DNA of 64,000 nucleotides from an uncultured Bacteroidales bacterium. Its GTDB lineage: Bacteria > Bacteroidota > Bacteroidia > Bacteroidales > VadinHA17. Within the stretch, counting starts at the first letter, position 1. The number at the start of each line of letters is the position of its first letter. The notes under the pieces were generated by a model that made no database searches, was not told the DNA's origin, and saw only the letters and a program-made list of their open reading frames with translations. Both the position numbers and the translations under genes were made by a program. Shown here piece after piece: positions 16,861 to 26,655 of this stretch. The DNA is taken from positions 55,187-119,186 of the forward strand of contig CAWBLL010000003.1 in NCBI GenBank assembly GCA_963789465.1, read 5' to 3'.

Positions 16861-18150
16861 ATGAGAAAGCTGTATTTTTTAACTTCCCAATTAATATTTG
16901 TCGCTTTACAGGGACAATCACCTAATTCTGAGTCTCTTTTATTTACAAATCATGTTTATGACAACAGGATTAAAAGTGTTCAGCTTTACCAGGAGAGCTG
17001 GAACCTTTCCTACCCCATTCTGCAGCTGAAAAGCGACGATAAAATGGTCTGTCAGTTTGACCTCCTTGATGACCGTGCCGAATCGTACTCCTATACGTTT
17101 ATCCATTGTGACAAGGACTGGAACAAATCTGACATTTTCCCGGAAGATTATATCGACGGGTTAACTGATAATCCGGTTGAGGATTATGAATCCTCCTTCA
17201 ATACGACAATTACATACACTCATTACAAGATCACATTTCCCAATGACAGAGTCCGCCTGAAATTATCCGGAAATTATCTTCTTGTAATTTACCCTGATGA
17301 CAAGCCTGAAGAACCTTCAATAACTCTACGGTTTATTCTGACTGAAGATGCCGTTCAGATCAAGACCGATGTCCACAGGCCGCAGCTGTCAGGTGATAAT
17401 AATGCTCAGCAACAGGTTGATTTTACAGTAAGCTATCCGGATCAGGCCTTTACTGACCCGTACAGGAATTTTTACGCATTTATTCTTCAGAACGGAAGAT
17501 GGGATAATGCAAAAACAAATTTAAAACCTGACTTTACAGGTGTTAACGAACTAAAATACAACTCGCTTTCTGACAAAAATGTTTTCCAGGGAGGAAACGA
17601 GTTCCGTTACTTTGACATAAAGAGCCTCAGATATCAGACAGAATTCGTGAAAGAGATTGATTTTGTCAACTCCGTATATAATGTCTATCTATTTCCATCC
17701 GAGAGCAGGGAATTCAAGCCCTATTTCTACTGGCAGGATTTCAATGGCAAGTATTATATAGCCATTCAGGAAGGGAAGAATTACAACACCGATGCCGATT
17801 ATGTAAAGGTATATTTTACACTTAAGTCGGGGCAGCTTATTGCCGGAGGTGATATGTACGTTTCCGGAGCACTTAACAACTGGGCTTTTGACAAAAACAA
17901 CCGCATGACTTACGATGCCGGAAAAGGTGAATATCAGTGCACCATGCTGCTGAAACAAGGCTGGTATAATTACGAGTATGCCTATGTTAAAAAAGGTAGC
18001 GGGAATGGGACGGCATCATTGTTTGAAGGAAGTCACTATGAAACGGAAAATGACTACAATATCCTGATATATTACAGGAATTTCCGTGACAGATACGACC
18101 GGGTAGTCGGAACTGTAACATTCAACACTCTTAACCGGCTGTCAAATTAA
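16861..18150 (+). CDS. DUF5103 protein / T9SS plug-like protein
   Basis: Signal peptide, IHCDKDW, SFNTTITYTHY, SGNYLL, QNGRWDNA, GGNEFRYFD, LLKQGWYNY, EGSHYETENDY. Confidence 0.8.
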   Translation: MRKLYFLTSQLIFVALQGQSPNSESLLFTNHVYDNRIKSVQLYQESWNLSYPILQLKSDDKMVCQFDLLDDRAESYSYTFIHCDKDWNKSDIFPEDYIDGLTDNPVEDYESSFNTTITYTHYKITFPNDRVRLKLSGNYLLVIYPDDKPEEPSITLRFILTEDAVQIKTDVHRPQLSGDNNAQQQVDFTVSYPDQAFTDPYRNFYAFILQNGRWDNAKTNLKPDFTGVNELKYNSLSDKNVFQGGNEFRYFDIKSLRYQTEFVKEIDFVNSVYNVYLFPSESREFKPYFYWQDFNGKYYIAIQEGKNYNTDADYVKVYFTLKSGQLIAGGDMYVSGALNNWAFDKNNRMTYDAGKGEYQCTMLLKQGWYNYEYAYVKKGSGNGTASLFEGSHYETENDYNILIYYRNFRDRYDRVVGTVTFNTLNRLSN

Positions 18151-18659
18151 TGCTTCAAATGGATGTCAATGCCATATTGCATGTAGACAGCATGCCGTAG
18201 GGTTTTCAGGATCTCCTCCATATACTCGTCAACGGCATTAAGTGAACCCGGAAGTGTATAAATAAGGGCTTTGTTAAGAATACCGGCAACTCCCCTGCTA
18301 AGCAGGGCATTTGGCTTCATGGTTCCGTATTTTACCCTGATGAATTCCATGATTCCCGGGATCTCTTTTGAAAGCAAAGGCACTACAGTATCAACTGTTA
18401 TATCGCGCGGACCAATACCAGTACCTCCTGTCGTTACAATCAGATTATAGTTTTCCCCGGCTCTTTCCAACAGTTCCCTCAATACTTCAGGGTCATCGGG
18501 TATAAGCTTATAACTGATCTCGTGTTTCCAGTCCAGGGAGACCAGGAAATCCGAGATCTTTCCGGCTATCCTGGGTCCGCTGAGATCCTCGTATTCCCCA
18601 CTGTGAGCCCTGTCGCTCAGGGTTATAACAAGTACCTCGTATTTCAGTGGGAGATTCAT
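18147..18659 (-). CDS. mogA: Molybdopterin adenylyltransferase, MogA/MoaB family
   Basis: ITLSDRA...YEDLSG, TTGGTGIGPRDIT, LSRGVAG, LPGS. Confidence 0.85.
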   Translation of the reverse strand: MNLPLKYEVLVITLSDRAHSGEYEDLSGPRIAGKISDFLVSLDWKHEISYKLIPDDPEVLRELLERAGENYNLIVTTGGTGIGPRDITVDTVVPLLSKEIPGIMEFIRVKYGTMKPNALLSRGVAGILNKALIYTLPGSLNAVDEYMEEILKTLRHAVYMQYGIDIHLKH

Positions 18660-19102
18660 AATTTGACTTTTTCCGTGAGAACTATATTATCAATACTCAT
18701 CCTTTTATCAACGGCCTTGCACATATCATAAACTGTAAGCAGCGCAATGCTTACAGCAGTGAGCGCCTCCATCTCCACACCTGTTTTTCCGGTACACCTG
18801 ACCTCACTCTCAGCCTTAATGCCTGTATCATCAATTTCCAGTTCAACCTTTACATTTTCCAGTACAATATTATGGCATAAAGGAATCAGTCCGGCCGTAT
18901 GCTTTGCCCCATTGATACCTGCCAGCTGCGCAACGGTAAGGACATCACCCTTCTTCAGGAGGTTTTCCCGTACAAGTCGCAAAGTTTCAGCCTCAAGGAC
19001 AATATGACCGGAAGCTTTTGCAATTCTCTTCTGTATCTCCTTGTCTCCTACATCAACCATTATTGCCTTGCCTTTTTTGTCAGTATGGGTCAGCTTTTTC
19101 AT
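18656..19102 (-). CDS. moaC: Cyclic pyranopterin monophosphate synthase
   Basis: LTHTD, MVDVGDK, KKGDVL, LIPLCH, TGVEMEALT, YDMCKAVD. Confidence 0.95.
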   Translation of the reverse strand: MKKLTHTDKKGKAIMVDVGDKEIQKRIAKASGHIVLEAETLRLVRENLLKKGDVLTVAQLAGINGAKHTAGLIPLCHNIVLENVKVELEIDDTGIKAESEVRCTGKTGVEMEALTAVSIALLTVYDMCKAVDKRMSIDNIVLTEKVKL

Positions 19103-19131
19103 AACTATATTTATTTCAAATGTATTAAAAA

Positions 19132-19932
19132 TCAGCCTCCTATATTATAGAATGCCCCGGTCTCGTTAGTCGATCCGCATGCAGGCTTGGCTTCGACAGC
19201 CAATTCAAGAGCTTTTTCATATCCCAGCCGCCTGATATCAAACTCAATATTACTGAAGAGGCAGGGTTTAAGCTTTCCATTGGCAGTCAGCCTCAACCTG
19301 TTGCAAAGGGTACAGTTGCCGCCTGATCCTCCTACCACAGTTGAAAAATGACCCTTCACAAGATCCATCTGAGTTATATACCTTATTTGCAGATCATTAT
19401 CTTTGCAATATTGGGCGACAGCCCTTGCTTCGGCCTCCTCCCTGGAATGGCTGATGACACAATTTATCTTGATGGGATCGAGACCTGCCATTCTTGCAGC
19501 AACGATACCATTAAATACATCGTTAATATTCCCGTTTCTGGTAATGGCAGCAAATCTGTCCGGATCAATAGTGTCAAGACTGATATTTACCCTCTGTAAT
19601 CCGGCTTCCTTCAGCCCTCTGGCAAATTGTTTCAGAAGAACGCCATTGGTTGTCATGGATAGGTCCTTGATCTGCTCAATCTCCGATATCATGCCAACAA
19701 GTATTGTAATATCCTTTCTTACAAGCGGTTCACCACCTGTGATCCTTACCTTTGTAACACCCCTGGCAACAGCTTTCTCTGTAAAATCCCTGATTTCATC
19801 AAAGGTAAGGATATCCTTATGTGGTAACAATTGTATACCCTCTTCAGGCATGCAGTAAGTACACCGCAAATTGCATCGGTCTGTAACCGATATCCTCAGA
19901 TAGTTTATATTTCTGTTAAATCTGTCGAACAC
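19132..19932 (-). CDS. moaA: GTP 3',8-cyclase (radical SAM), short form
   Basis: YLRISVTDRCNLRCTYCMP, TGGEPL, NISLDT, CTLCNRLRLT...KPCLF, C-terminal GG. Confidence 0.92.
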   Translation of the reverse strand: MFDRFNRNINYLRISVTDRCNLRCTYCMPEEGIQLLPHKDILTFDEIRDFTEKAVARGVTKVRITGGEPLVRKDITILVGMISEIEQIKDLSMTTNGVLLKQFARGLKEAGLQRVNISLDTIDPDRFAAITRNGNINDVFNGIVAARMAGLDPIKINCVISHSREEAEARAVAQYCKDNDLQIRYITQMDLVKGHFSTVVGGSGGNCTLCNRLRLTANGKLKPCLFSNIEFDIRRLGYEKALELAVEAKPACGSTNETGAFYNIGG

Positions 19933-21098
19933 TTACAATTTCTCCTTTTTCAATATGTTTTCTGCCCTCGTCAACAGCTATTATACCTGATGCTCCTGAA
20001 AATGCAGAAATATGTGCAGAACCATGATATTCCACAGCCAATACCTGTTCATCCTCCGTAATAATGACAGGGATCATGGCTCTCCTGCCGGCTGATCTCC
20101 TGGAATAAGAATTCTTCATGGGAAGCTTGAGGATTGATGGGGCCCATTTATATCCCATCATTTTGCATAAAAGGGGCCTTACAAGCAACTCGAACTGAAT
20201 AAAGGATGAGACCGGATTACCCGGCAAACCAAATATCAGTGTTTTATCATGCACTCCGAAAGTAGTCGGTTTCCCCGGCTGAATATTTATCCCTGAGAAA
20301 AGCAACTTTACCCCCGCTTTTTCAAAAACGGCAGGGACAAAATCAAAATCGCCCACGGATACTCCCCCGGTAATCAGAACAACATCACTCCCGGCTAGGG
20401 CCCGGTCTATAATATCATAGATTGCATCTGTCTCATCCCTGGCAATCCCGAGGTATTTACCCACCGCTCCGCAGCGTTGCACCTGAGCAAGCAGCTGATA
20501 GGAATTGCTGTTTCTGATCTGTGAAAATCCAGGAATTTCAGCCGGCTCAACCAGCTCATTCCCGGAGCTTACAACAGATACCACAGGCAATCTGCTCACC
20601 TTTACTGACTGTATTACCCGTCAGTGCCATCAATGCAATATCCTGAGGCCTTATAACCCTTCCTTTTTCAAGAACTCTGTCACCCGACCGGATATCCTCT
20701 CCCCTTGGTGAAATATTGTCCTTCATAAAAGATCCGTTGAATTTCACCTTCCCGGAAGCCAGGATGACTGAATCCTCAACCATAAATACCATATCCGCAC
20801 CTGCCGGCATTGCAGCCCCGGTCATTATTTTTGAACACTGGTTTTCTGAAATTCTCCTGCGGGGAGAAGTTCCTGCCTGAATTGTTTCAATAAGCTCAAG
20901 ACTGGCTTCAATGTCTGCCCTTCTGCAGGCAAATCCGTCAACTGTGGACTTATTGAAAGGTGGCATATCCATATCACTTATAATATTACCTTTCAGAACA
21001 CGACCAAGTGAATCCATGAAACCTATTGTCTCCGTCCCTGTCTTAAAGGCGGAGCTCATTACTGTTTTATACGCTTCATCAAACGATACCAGAGCCAT
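19916..21098 (-). CDS. moeA: Molybdopterin molybdotransferase MoeA, split by a +1 frameshift near 20600-20612
   Basis: PPFNKSTVDGFA and IMTGAAMPAGAD in the 5' ORF. SSGNEL, NSNSY, TGGVSVGDFD, QPGKP and LPGNPVS in the 3' ORF. Confidence 0.9.
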
Positions 21099-21109
21099 GA
21101 CTATTCTTT

Positions 21110-22355
21110 TTAAAACTTAATACACTTCAATATTTTTACCCGGAAACTTCTTCTGCCTTCTACTCTGAGCCCTGTGCCCTGTGCCCCGTGCCTTATGCCC
21201 CGTGCCCTGTGCCCTATGCCCCGTGCCCCGTGCCCCGTGCCCCGTGCCTCGGCCCTGTGCTCTATGCCCCGTGCCTTCCCCGTGCCCTGCCTGGCCCTGA
21301 TGCCTTCTTCCAGCGCCACACATGCTTCGCCTGAGAATGTGATCCAGACTTCCGATGACTCTTTCAGGGGATGCTGTCTGAATGTATCGGCAGACAGATC
21401 AATATAAAAAATTTCGCCTGCATCCACTGAGACTTCAACGCCATATTCAGAAGGAAGTATTTCAATAACCCTTCCCCTGAAACAATTCAGAGAATGGTCA
21501 TCGGGCTTTATCCCTTTAATATTAATATCATCGCTTCTGATTATCAGAAGTCCTGCATCGGGATAAGAATTTCCTCCCAGTCTGATCACCAGGCGGTTGT
21601 TACTTACCGCAACCCAGCATTCCGCCTCCTTTCTGAACTCCACCCGGAAGAAATTCCTGATGCCGGAATACCTGGCAACGAATTTATTGGCCGGTTTCCG
21701 AAAGACTTCATCCGGCTTTCCTTCCTGAATTATCCTGCCATTATGAATGACTCCTACCTTGCTTGCCAGGCTAACAGCCTCCCTGTAGTCGTGTGTCACA
21801 TGAATAATCGTCAACCCCTGGCCGTTAAGCCGCCTCAGCAGTCTCCGGATATCATCCTTCAGACTTGCATCAATTGAAGCCATTGGTTCATCAAGAAGCA
21901 GTAACCGTGGAGAAGTTATCAAAGTACGTGCCAGAGCAACTCGCTGGAGTTCTCCTCCCGACAAATGTTGAGTATTCCTGCCAAGAAGATGGGAAATGTT
22001 CAATTCTCCTGCTACCCTTGCTACTTTTTCCTTTATGATTTTTTTTTCTGTTTTACCGGATTCCAGTGAATAGGCAATATTCCCGAAGACCGTAAGATTC
22101 GGAAAGATGGCATAATCCTGAAAGACAAGTCCAATACCTCTTTTCTGAATCTTCTTATGCGTTATGTCTTCACCATCCAGCCATATTTCGCCTTCATCGG
22201 GAGTATTCAACCCCGCAATCAGTTCCAGCAGCTGAGTTTTTCCGGAACCGGAACGGCCAAGCAGGACGTAGTAGGTCCCCTCCCCAATATTCCAGGTTTA
22301 TGCCAGCCAATTGAAAATTACCAAGCTTCTTTGATATATTATTCAGTGTCAACAT
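21110..22355 (-). CDS. wtpC: Tungstate/molybdate ABC transporter ATPase (WtpC/ModC-like). +1 frameshift near 22290; C-terminus runs into the heptamer repeat
   Basis: Manual translation from ATG 22355 gives MLTLNNISKKLGNFQLAGINLE, then a frame change to IGEGTYYVLLGRSGSGKT (Walker A). Downstream are LSGGELQR, LLLLDEP, HVTHD and a TOBE-like tail. Confidence 0.85.
21169..21299. repeat. Degenerate 7-bp tandem repeat (GCCCYRT; GGGCACR/GGGCATA on the coding strand), about 17 copies
   Basis: GCCCTGT, GCCCCGT, GCCCTAT and GCCTTAT units directly visible. Much higher GC than the flanks. Confidence 0.95.
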
Positions 22356-23151
22356 CTTCTTTTCTGATATCAGGGCTCTTCCGTCCTTCTGAGAGCAATC
22401 TTAAAATGGTGAAAACCACCAGTGCCACAATTATAAACAGCACAGCGGCCGGACGGGCATATTTCAGGCCGAACGAAGTAAATCGGTCATAGATAAGTAC
22501 AGGTGCTATCATAGGATGGTAAGCAACAATAACCACTGCGCCGAACTCGCTCATTCCACGTGCAAACATCATAACGAAGCCTGTAACGATGCTTCTCCAG
22601 GCCAGGGGCAGTGATATCGTAAAGAAGACCCTTGGCCTGCCGGCTCCAAGATTCAGCGCAGCTTTCTCGAGACGTTCAGGGATTGCCGAAAATCCATCCC
22701 TGGCGGCATTGATAAGAAAGGGAAGGCTCACAAATGCCATAGCCAGGGCTATGCCTCCCCTGCTGTTAACCAGGTTCAGTCCAACTGAGGAGGCAGCCCT
22801 GCCAAGAAGGCCATCTCTGGAGATGAAGCCGAGCAATGCAATCCCGGCTGCAGTATGTGGCAGAACTACCGGAAGATCAATTATACCCTGAATGACGCTT
22901 TTAAAATGAAAATTTTTACGGGCCAGGAGCCATGCAAACGGGATAGCGGCTATGGAAAAGAAGAGTGTAGCAGCGAAAGAGATCCACACTGTAAGCATAA
23001 TGCTCTCCTGCACCTCGCTGTCTTTAGCAGTTTCAAAGAGCTCACTTGTGCCAGTATGAACAAACAGACCGATAAGTGGTGCCACCAGGAAAAGGAGCAC
23101 GATGGACGACAAAATCAGAAAAATCCAGTTGAAAGGTCCGTACTTGTTCAT
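22339..23151 (-). CDS. wtpB: Tungstate/molybdate ABC transporter permease (WtpB/ModB-like)
   Basis: DLPVVLPHTAAGIALL, EAA-like LEKAALNLGA, FARGMSEFGAV. Start placed at ATG 23151. Confidence 0.85.
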   Translation of the reverse strand: MNKYGPFNWIFLILSSIVLLFLVAPLIGLFVHTGTSELFETAKDSEVQESIMLTVWISFAATLFFSIAAIPFAWLLARKNFHFKSVIQGIIDLPVVLPHTAAGIALLGFISRDGLLGRAASSVGLNLVNSRGGIALAMAFVSLPFLINAARDGFSAIPERLEKAALNLGAGRPRVFFTISLPLAWRSIVTGFVMMFARGMSEFGAVVIVAYHPMIAPVLIYDRFTSFGLKYARPAAVLFIIVALVVFTILRLLSEGRKSPDIRKEDVDTE

Positions 23152-23153
23152 AA

Positions 23154-24116
23154 TCAGATTAATTCGATTTCTCCATGCAGGCACTCCGAGAGTTTTGCCG
23201 GCAGCTGATCCGTTCCTCCTTCTAAAACCGGAATAATTGGTTTCTGACCATTCCTTCTGAAGATCTCAAGACCCTCTTTACTCAGGATGAAGCAGACAAA
23301 ATTGAGGGCTGCCTCTTTCTCCGGAGCATTATCAAGCACAGATAAGCTGTAATTAATATAGTCACCAGTCATCGTCATCCTTGTTCCCGGCTCCTTACCG
23401 GTAACAACAAACGAAACTGTCTTATATGATCCGGCTTTTTCCGGATCAGATAAATTAACATCGTCAGGAAGTTCAACATAAAGCAGACCATGCTGTATTG
23501 CAACCGATTTGTACTGAAAAACATAATCAGCTGCATTTGACTCGAGCAGAGCTATCAGATCCACCTCCTGGGGACGAATGAAATCCCTGTCTTTGGCCAG
23601 CAGCTTTTCCGTCAAACCGGTTTTCCCATACAGCTTCTCCGTAAGCATCATCGTGAAAACGGCTCTGTATCCGCATGGGTCGGAATCCGGATCGGAACGT
23701 GAATATATGACATCGTCTCTAAGAAGAATATCGGTCCAGTTATCGCTGTTGATTCCGGAAGCATATTTTGACTTGTCAGTGTATGCAATAACAATCTCAT
23801 TGGAGGCAAACCTAAGACTCCATTTAACGTATTCCGGTACCAAAAGATCATTTAATACGGAATAATCAGCAGAGGCAATGATATCGCAAGGCTTCTTAAG
23901 CTCAGTGATCTTCCTGGCACAAACAAGGCTTCCTGCAGGTTCCAGCAGAATGGTTATTCCGGGATTCATCTTTTCGTATTCCTTTTTCAACTGATTGAAA
24001 GGTACTGACAGACTCCCTGCATGAAAAACGATTATTTCAACAGGTTTCTTATGATTGCCACCACAACCGGAAATAAACAGAAAAGACAAAATAATGAGAA
24101 CTGAGATTTGTTTCAA
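23154..24116 (-). CDS. wtpA: Tungstate/molybdate ABC transporter substrate-binding lipoprotein (WtpA-like)
   Basis: Lipobox ISGC, FHAGSLSVPF, ASADY, SDPDSDPCGYR, RPQEVDL, FQYKSVAIQH. These are WtpA-type rather than ModA-type motifs. Confidence 0.85.
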   Translation of the reverse strand: MKQISVLIILSFLFISGCGGNHKKPVEIIVFHAGSLSVPFNQLKKEYEKMNPGITILLEPAGSLVCARKITELKKPCDIIASADYSVLNDLLVPEYVKWSLRFASNEIVIAYTDKSKYASGINSDNWTDILLRDDVIYSRSDPDSDPCGYRAVFTMMLTEKLYGKTGLTEKLLAKDRDFIRPQEVDLIALLESNAADYVFQYKSVAIQHGLLYVELPDDVNLSDPEKAGSYKTVSFVVTGKEPGTRMTMTGDYINYSLSVLDNAPEKEAALNFVCFILSKEGLEIFRRNGQKPIIPVLEGGTDQLPAKLSECLHGEIELI

Positions 24117-24142
24117 ATCACACTGATTATTTAATTAACCGA

Positions 24143-24150
24143 CAAAAGTA
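24143..24150 (-). promoter_or_regulatory. -7 promoter element (TACTTTTG) of the wtp/moa operon
   Basis: TAnnTTTG match 27 nt upstream of wtpA. Confidence 0.55.
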
Positions 24151-24237
24151 AATCATTTGGTTTTCAGAACCTCAAAACAGTAATTAAAAATATGAAAATG
24201 TGACGAGAAGCGACACAGTACTTTGTATCACTGCACG

Positions 24238-24789
24238 TTACATTCTTTTCTCTGCCAGATTATATACGGTTGTTATTGTCTTCCAGTTCCTGGCTGTTCC
24301 GGTAACTTTCATTTTGTTTTCAAAAAAATTAGTGTAAATCCTGGTTCTGCCAAAGCCATTGGGGCAGAAAGCGTAAATCTCCTTCCCCCTAATTTCAAAT
24401 TTATCAGGAGGATAATCAACATCAGCAACTTTTTGAATCTGGGATTCCGTAATGTCATCATGGAGAAAGATAACTGCCATCCTGGCCGGATTGAAATCAA
24501 CCTCTTCAAGGTAGGGATTGGCTTCAAGTATCATCTTCATTTCAGGAACAGTCCTGATCATAACGGCAACATCGTAACCAAAAACCTTTTGAATTTCACT
24601 CTCTGTTTCAAGGGCAATGTCAGGGATGCTGATCTCATTTTCCAGACTGAAAATTACATTTCCGCTCTGGATAAAAGTTTCGGGTCTGATATATCCAAGA
24701 TTACTGTAAAGGGCAGCAAGTTCATTCATTTTAATTGAATTATGACCGGTCATATTGACTCCACGCAGAAAAGAGATATATGTATGCAT
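24238..24789 (-). CDS. DUF1697 family protein
   Basis: YISFLRGVNMTGHN, TFIQSGNVIF, TARNWKT. Confidence 0.88.
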   Translation of the reverse strand: MHTYISFLRGVNMTGHNSIKMNELAALYSNLGYIRPETFIQSGNVIFSLENEISIPDIALETESEIQKVFGYDVAVMIRTVPEMKMILEANPYLEEVDFNPARMAVIFLHDDITESQIQKVADVDYPPDKFEIRGKEIYAFCPNGFGRTRIYTNFFENKMKVTGTARNWKTITTVYNLAEKRM

Positions 24790-25051
24790 AATTGCAAAAG
24801 GGCTTTTATCCCGATTAAAAATATGAAACAGCCTGTAATAACAATTGTTGAGTGAGATGTTAAAATACTGATAAATCGAGAATACTACTTATATTTGCTG
24901 AGATGAATTTTCAGAAGAAAAGGAGGAGCTTCATCTGATGGCCCGGCATTGAAAAGTCAGAGACGACAAAACATTTAAACATAGCGGAGATAAGGTACAT
25001 TTGCTTTATCCCGGGAGAGGAGGTTGAAAAAATGTGTAGGTTTGTATTGTT

Positions 25052-25390
25052 ATGATCAGATTCAGATTCATAGAAAAAATTCCTTCTGCTTTCAGAAATA
25101 AATATTTTCTGACTTTGATAATATTCCTTATCTGGATTTTACTTTTTGACTCAAATAATCTGATCGCCAGGTATAAAGGACTGCGTGAACTGCACAAGCT
25201 CAAAGCGGACAAAGAGTATTATCTAAAACGGATAGAGGCTGACAAGCTTAAGCTTCATGAACTGAAAACCGATAACCGAAATCTTGAGAAATATGCACGG
25301 GAACAATACCTTATGAAGAAGCCGGATGAAGACCTCTATATCATCCTGACCCCTCATGAGGACCGTAAGATAACCAGGAAAAACAATTAG
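25052..25390 (+). CDS. Septum formation initiator, FtsB/DivIC family
   Basis: NKY + TM helix + FDSNN, coiled coil, LEKYAREQYLMKK. Confidence 0.85.
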   Translation: MIRFRFIEKIPSAFRNKYFLTLIIFLIWILLFDSNNLIARYKGLRELHKLKADKEYYLKRIEADKLKLHELKTDNRNLEKYAREQYLMKKPDEDLYIILTPHEDRKITRKNN

Positions 25391-26649
25391 TTACCTCTTT
25401 CCATGAACCTGTAGTAATGAAGAAGAGTCTCAGGGTCATCTGATTGCAGGAAAACACTTTTCTCCTGCAGCAGTTCGGATGCAGCTGCAATGACAGGGCT
25501 TTTTTCATAAATTCCGGTATGGATGTGATTCAGATATTTCACAATCATAAACATATTGAACCATCCGAATAACCTCTTTCTGAAGGATTGATATCCCGAT
25601 GTATTATTCCTGATCTCCTGTAGTTTATAAAGCAGCTCTTTCTCCGTTATGAATGCCCGTATGCCTTCAGGCAGTGAATAGTACAATTCATCCTGTTCCT
25701 TCTGTACGAAATTATAAAAATCGCACATCTTTATGAAAAAGGATTTCAGGTCCCTGAATGCTGAAAGATTGTAAGTAAGCAGTGAGCCGGCATTGCTTTC
25801 TGACAACTTCGTCATTGAAGCACCGGTCCCGAAGGGTACCCTGAAGGAAGTCCGTGGAGATGGGTGCACTACTGTGGAATTAAGGCTGAAATAGCCTCCG
25901 GCAGGAATAAGTTTCTGGATAAAGTAAAAGTCCTCGCCTGCCTGCTTCCTGTTCATACCTCCGGCTTTGATATACAGCAGGGCTCTGACGCCCGACGATG
26001 ATCCTACAGTATGGTATACATCCGGATATCCTGAAAGCAGCAGAGCCTGGTAATAATATCTGAGATGTAGCTCATACAGTATAATATACCTGTAGATCTC
26101 CTGCGGGAAATCATCACCTGAAAGCGGATGTTCGAAACAGATAGAACATCCGGTCCTTTCCTTCCTTAATAAAAAATCGTTATAGACAGAATTGAAATAG
26201 TTGCTGTCCACAAGACAATCAGCGTCAAGATTAAGAATAACCCCACCGGGATTATTTATGCTGTCAAAGCGACGTACAGCTTCATCCATGCCCGTTTTTC
26301 TTGCCATGCCCACACCCCATCTCCTGTAGGGAACAGGCCATAAATAAATTGGGTAGACACGGAAGAAACAGTTTTTATTGTGCAGCTTCCATTTATGGAT
26401 ATTTTCGATTGCCAGCTCATTGTTTAAGAGGCTTTCGGGCAGGGCATTCACCGGAGCATTAATAATTATCAGGATCTCAATACTGCATGGCACACCCGTG
26501 CATTTTGCAAGTGAGTCAAGCAGTCCGGCGATACCCGGTTCATCAAAAGCCGGTACAACGACAATAATACCTGTGTTTTTTTCAGGCGCCTCTTCAATCA
26601 ATACGGGGAATAATGTCCTTTGTTCAAGATATCCTGAGGCAAAACCCAT
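25387..26649 (-). CDS. Glycosyltransferase family 2-like protein
   Basis: IVVVPAFDE, GVGMARKTGMD, NLDADC, HTVGSS, AGEDFYF, RVPFGTG. Confidence 0.8.
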   Translation of the reverse strand: MGFASGYLEQRTLFPVLIEEAPEKNTGIIVVVPAFDEPGIAGLLDSLAKCTGVPCSIEILIIINAPVNALPESLLNNELAIENIHKWKLHNKNCFFRVYPIYLWPVPYRRWGVGMARKTGMDEAVRRFDSINNPGGVILNLDADCLVDSNYFNSVYNDFLLRKERTGCSICFEHPLSGDDFPQEIYRYIILYELHLRYYYQALLLSGYPDVYHTVGSSSGVRALLYIKAGGMNRKQAGEDFYFIQKLIPAGGYFSLNSTVVHPSPRTSFRVPFGTGASMTKLSESNAGSLLTYNLSAFRDLKSFFIKMCDFYNFVQKEQDELYYSLPEGIRAFITEKELLYKLQEIRNNTSGYQSFRKRLFGWFNMFMIVKYLNHIHTGIYEKSPVIAAASELLQEKSVFLQSDDPETLLHYYRFMERGN

Positions 26650-26655
26650 TGGTTT

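Noticed and set aside
21117-21407. Short ORFs over the heptamer array (21117-21323 minus, 21174-21407 plus)
   Set aside because: Low-complexity translations of the repeat that overlap the ABC ATPase.
10887-22355. Calling nqrF, nqrD, moeA and wtpC true pseudogenes
   Set aside because: Each has a single 1-bp lesion in a short run with all motifs intact and the operons complete. Sequencing error is more parsimonious until reads are checked.
24117-24237. Moco/Wco riboswitch or ModE box upstream of wtpA
   Set aside because: The -7 element leaves only a ~25-nt leader, and no structured motif or ModE-like palindrome is visible.
24890-25003. Small RNA or leader peptide (MNFQKKRRSFI) between two TAnnTTTG elements upstream of the FtsB-like gene
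   Set aside because: No terminator or convincing structure, and the 11-codon ORF is within chance expectation.
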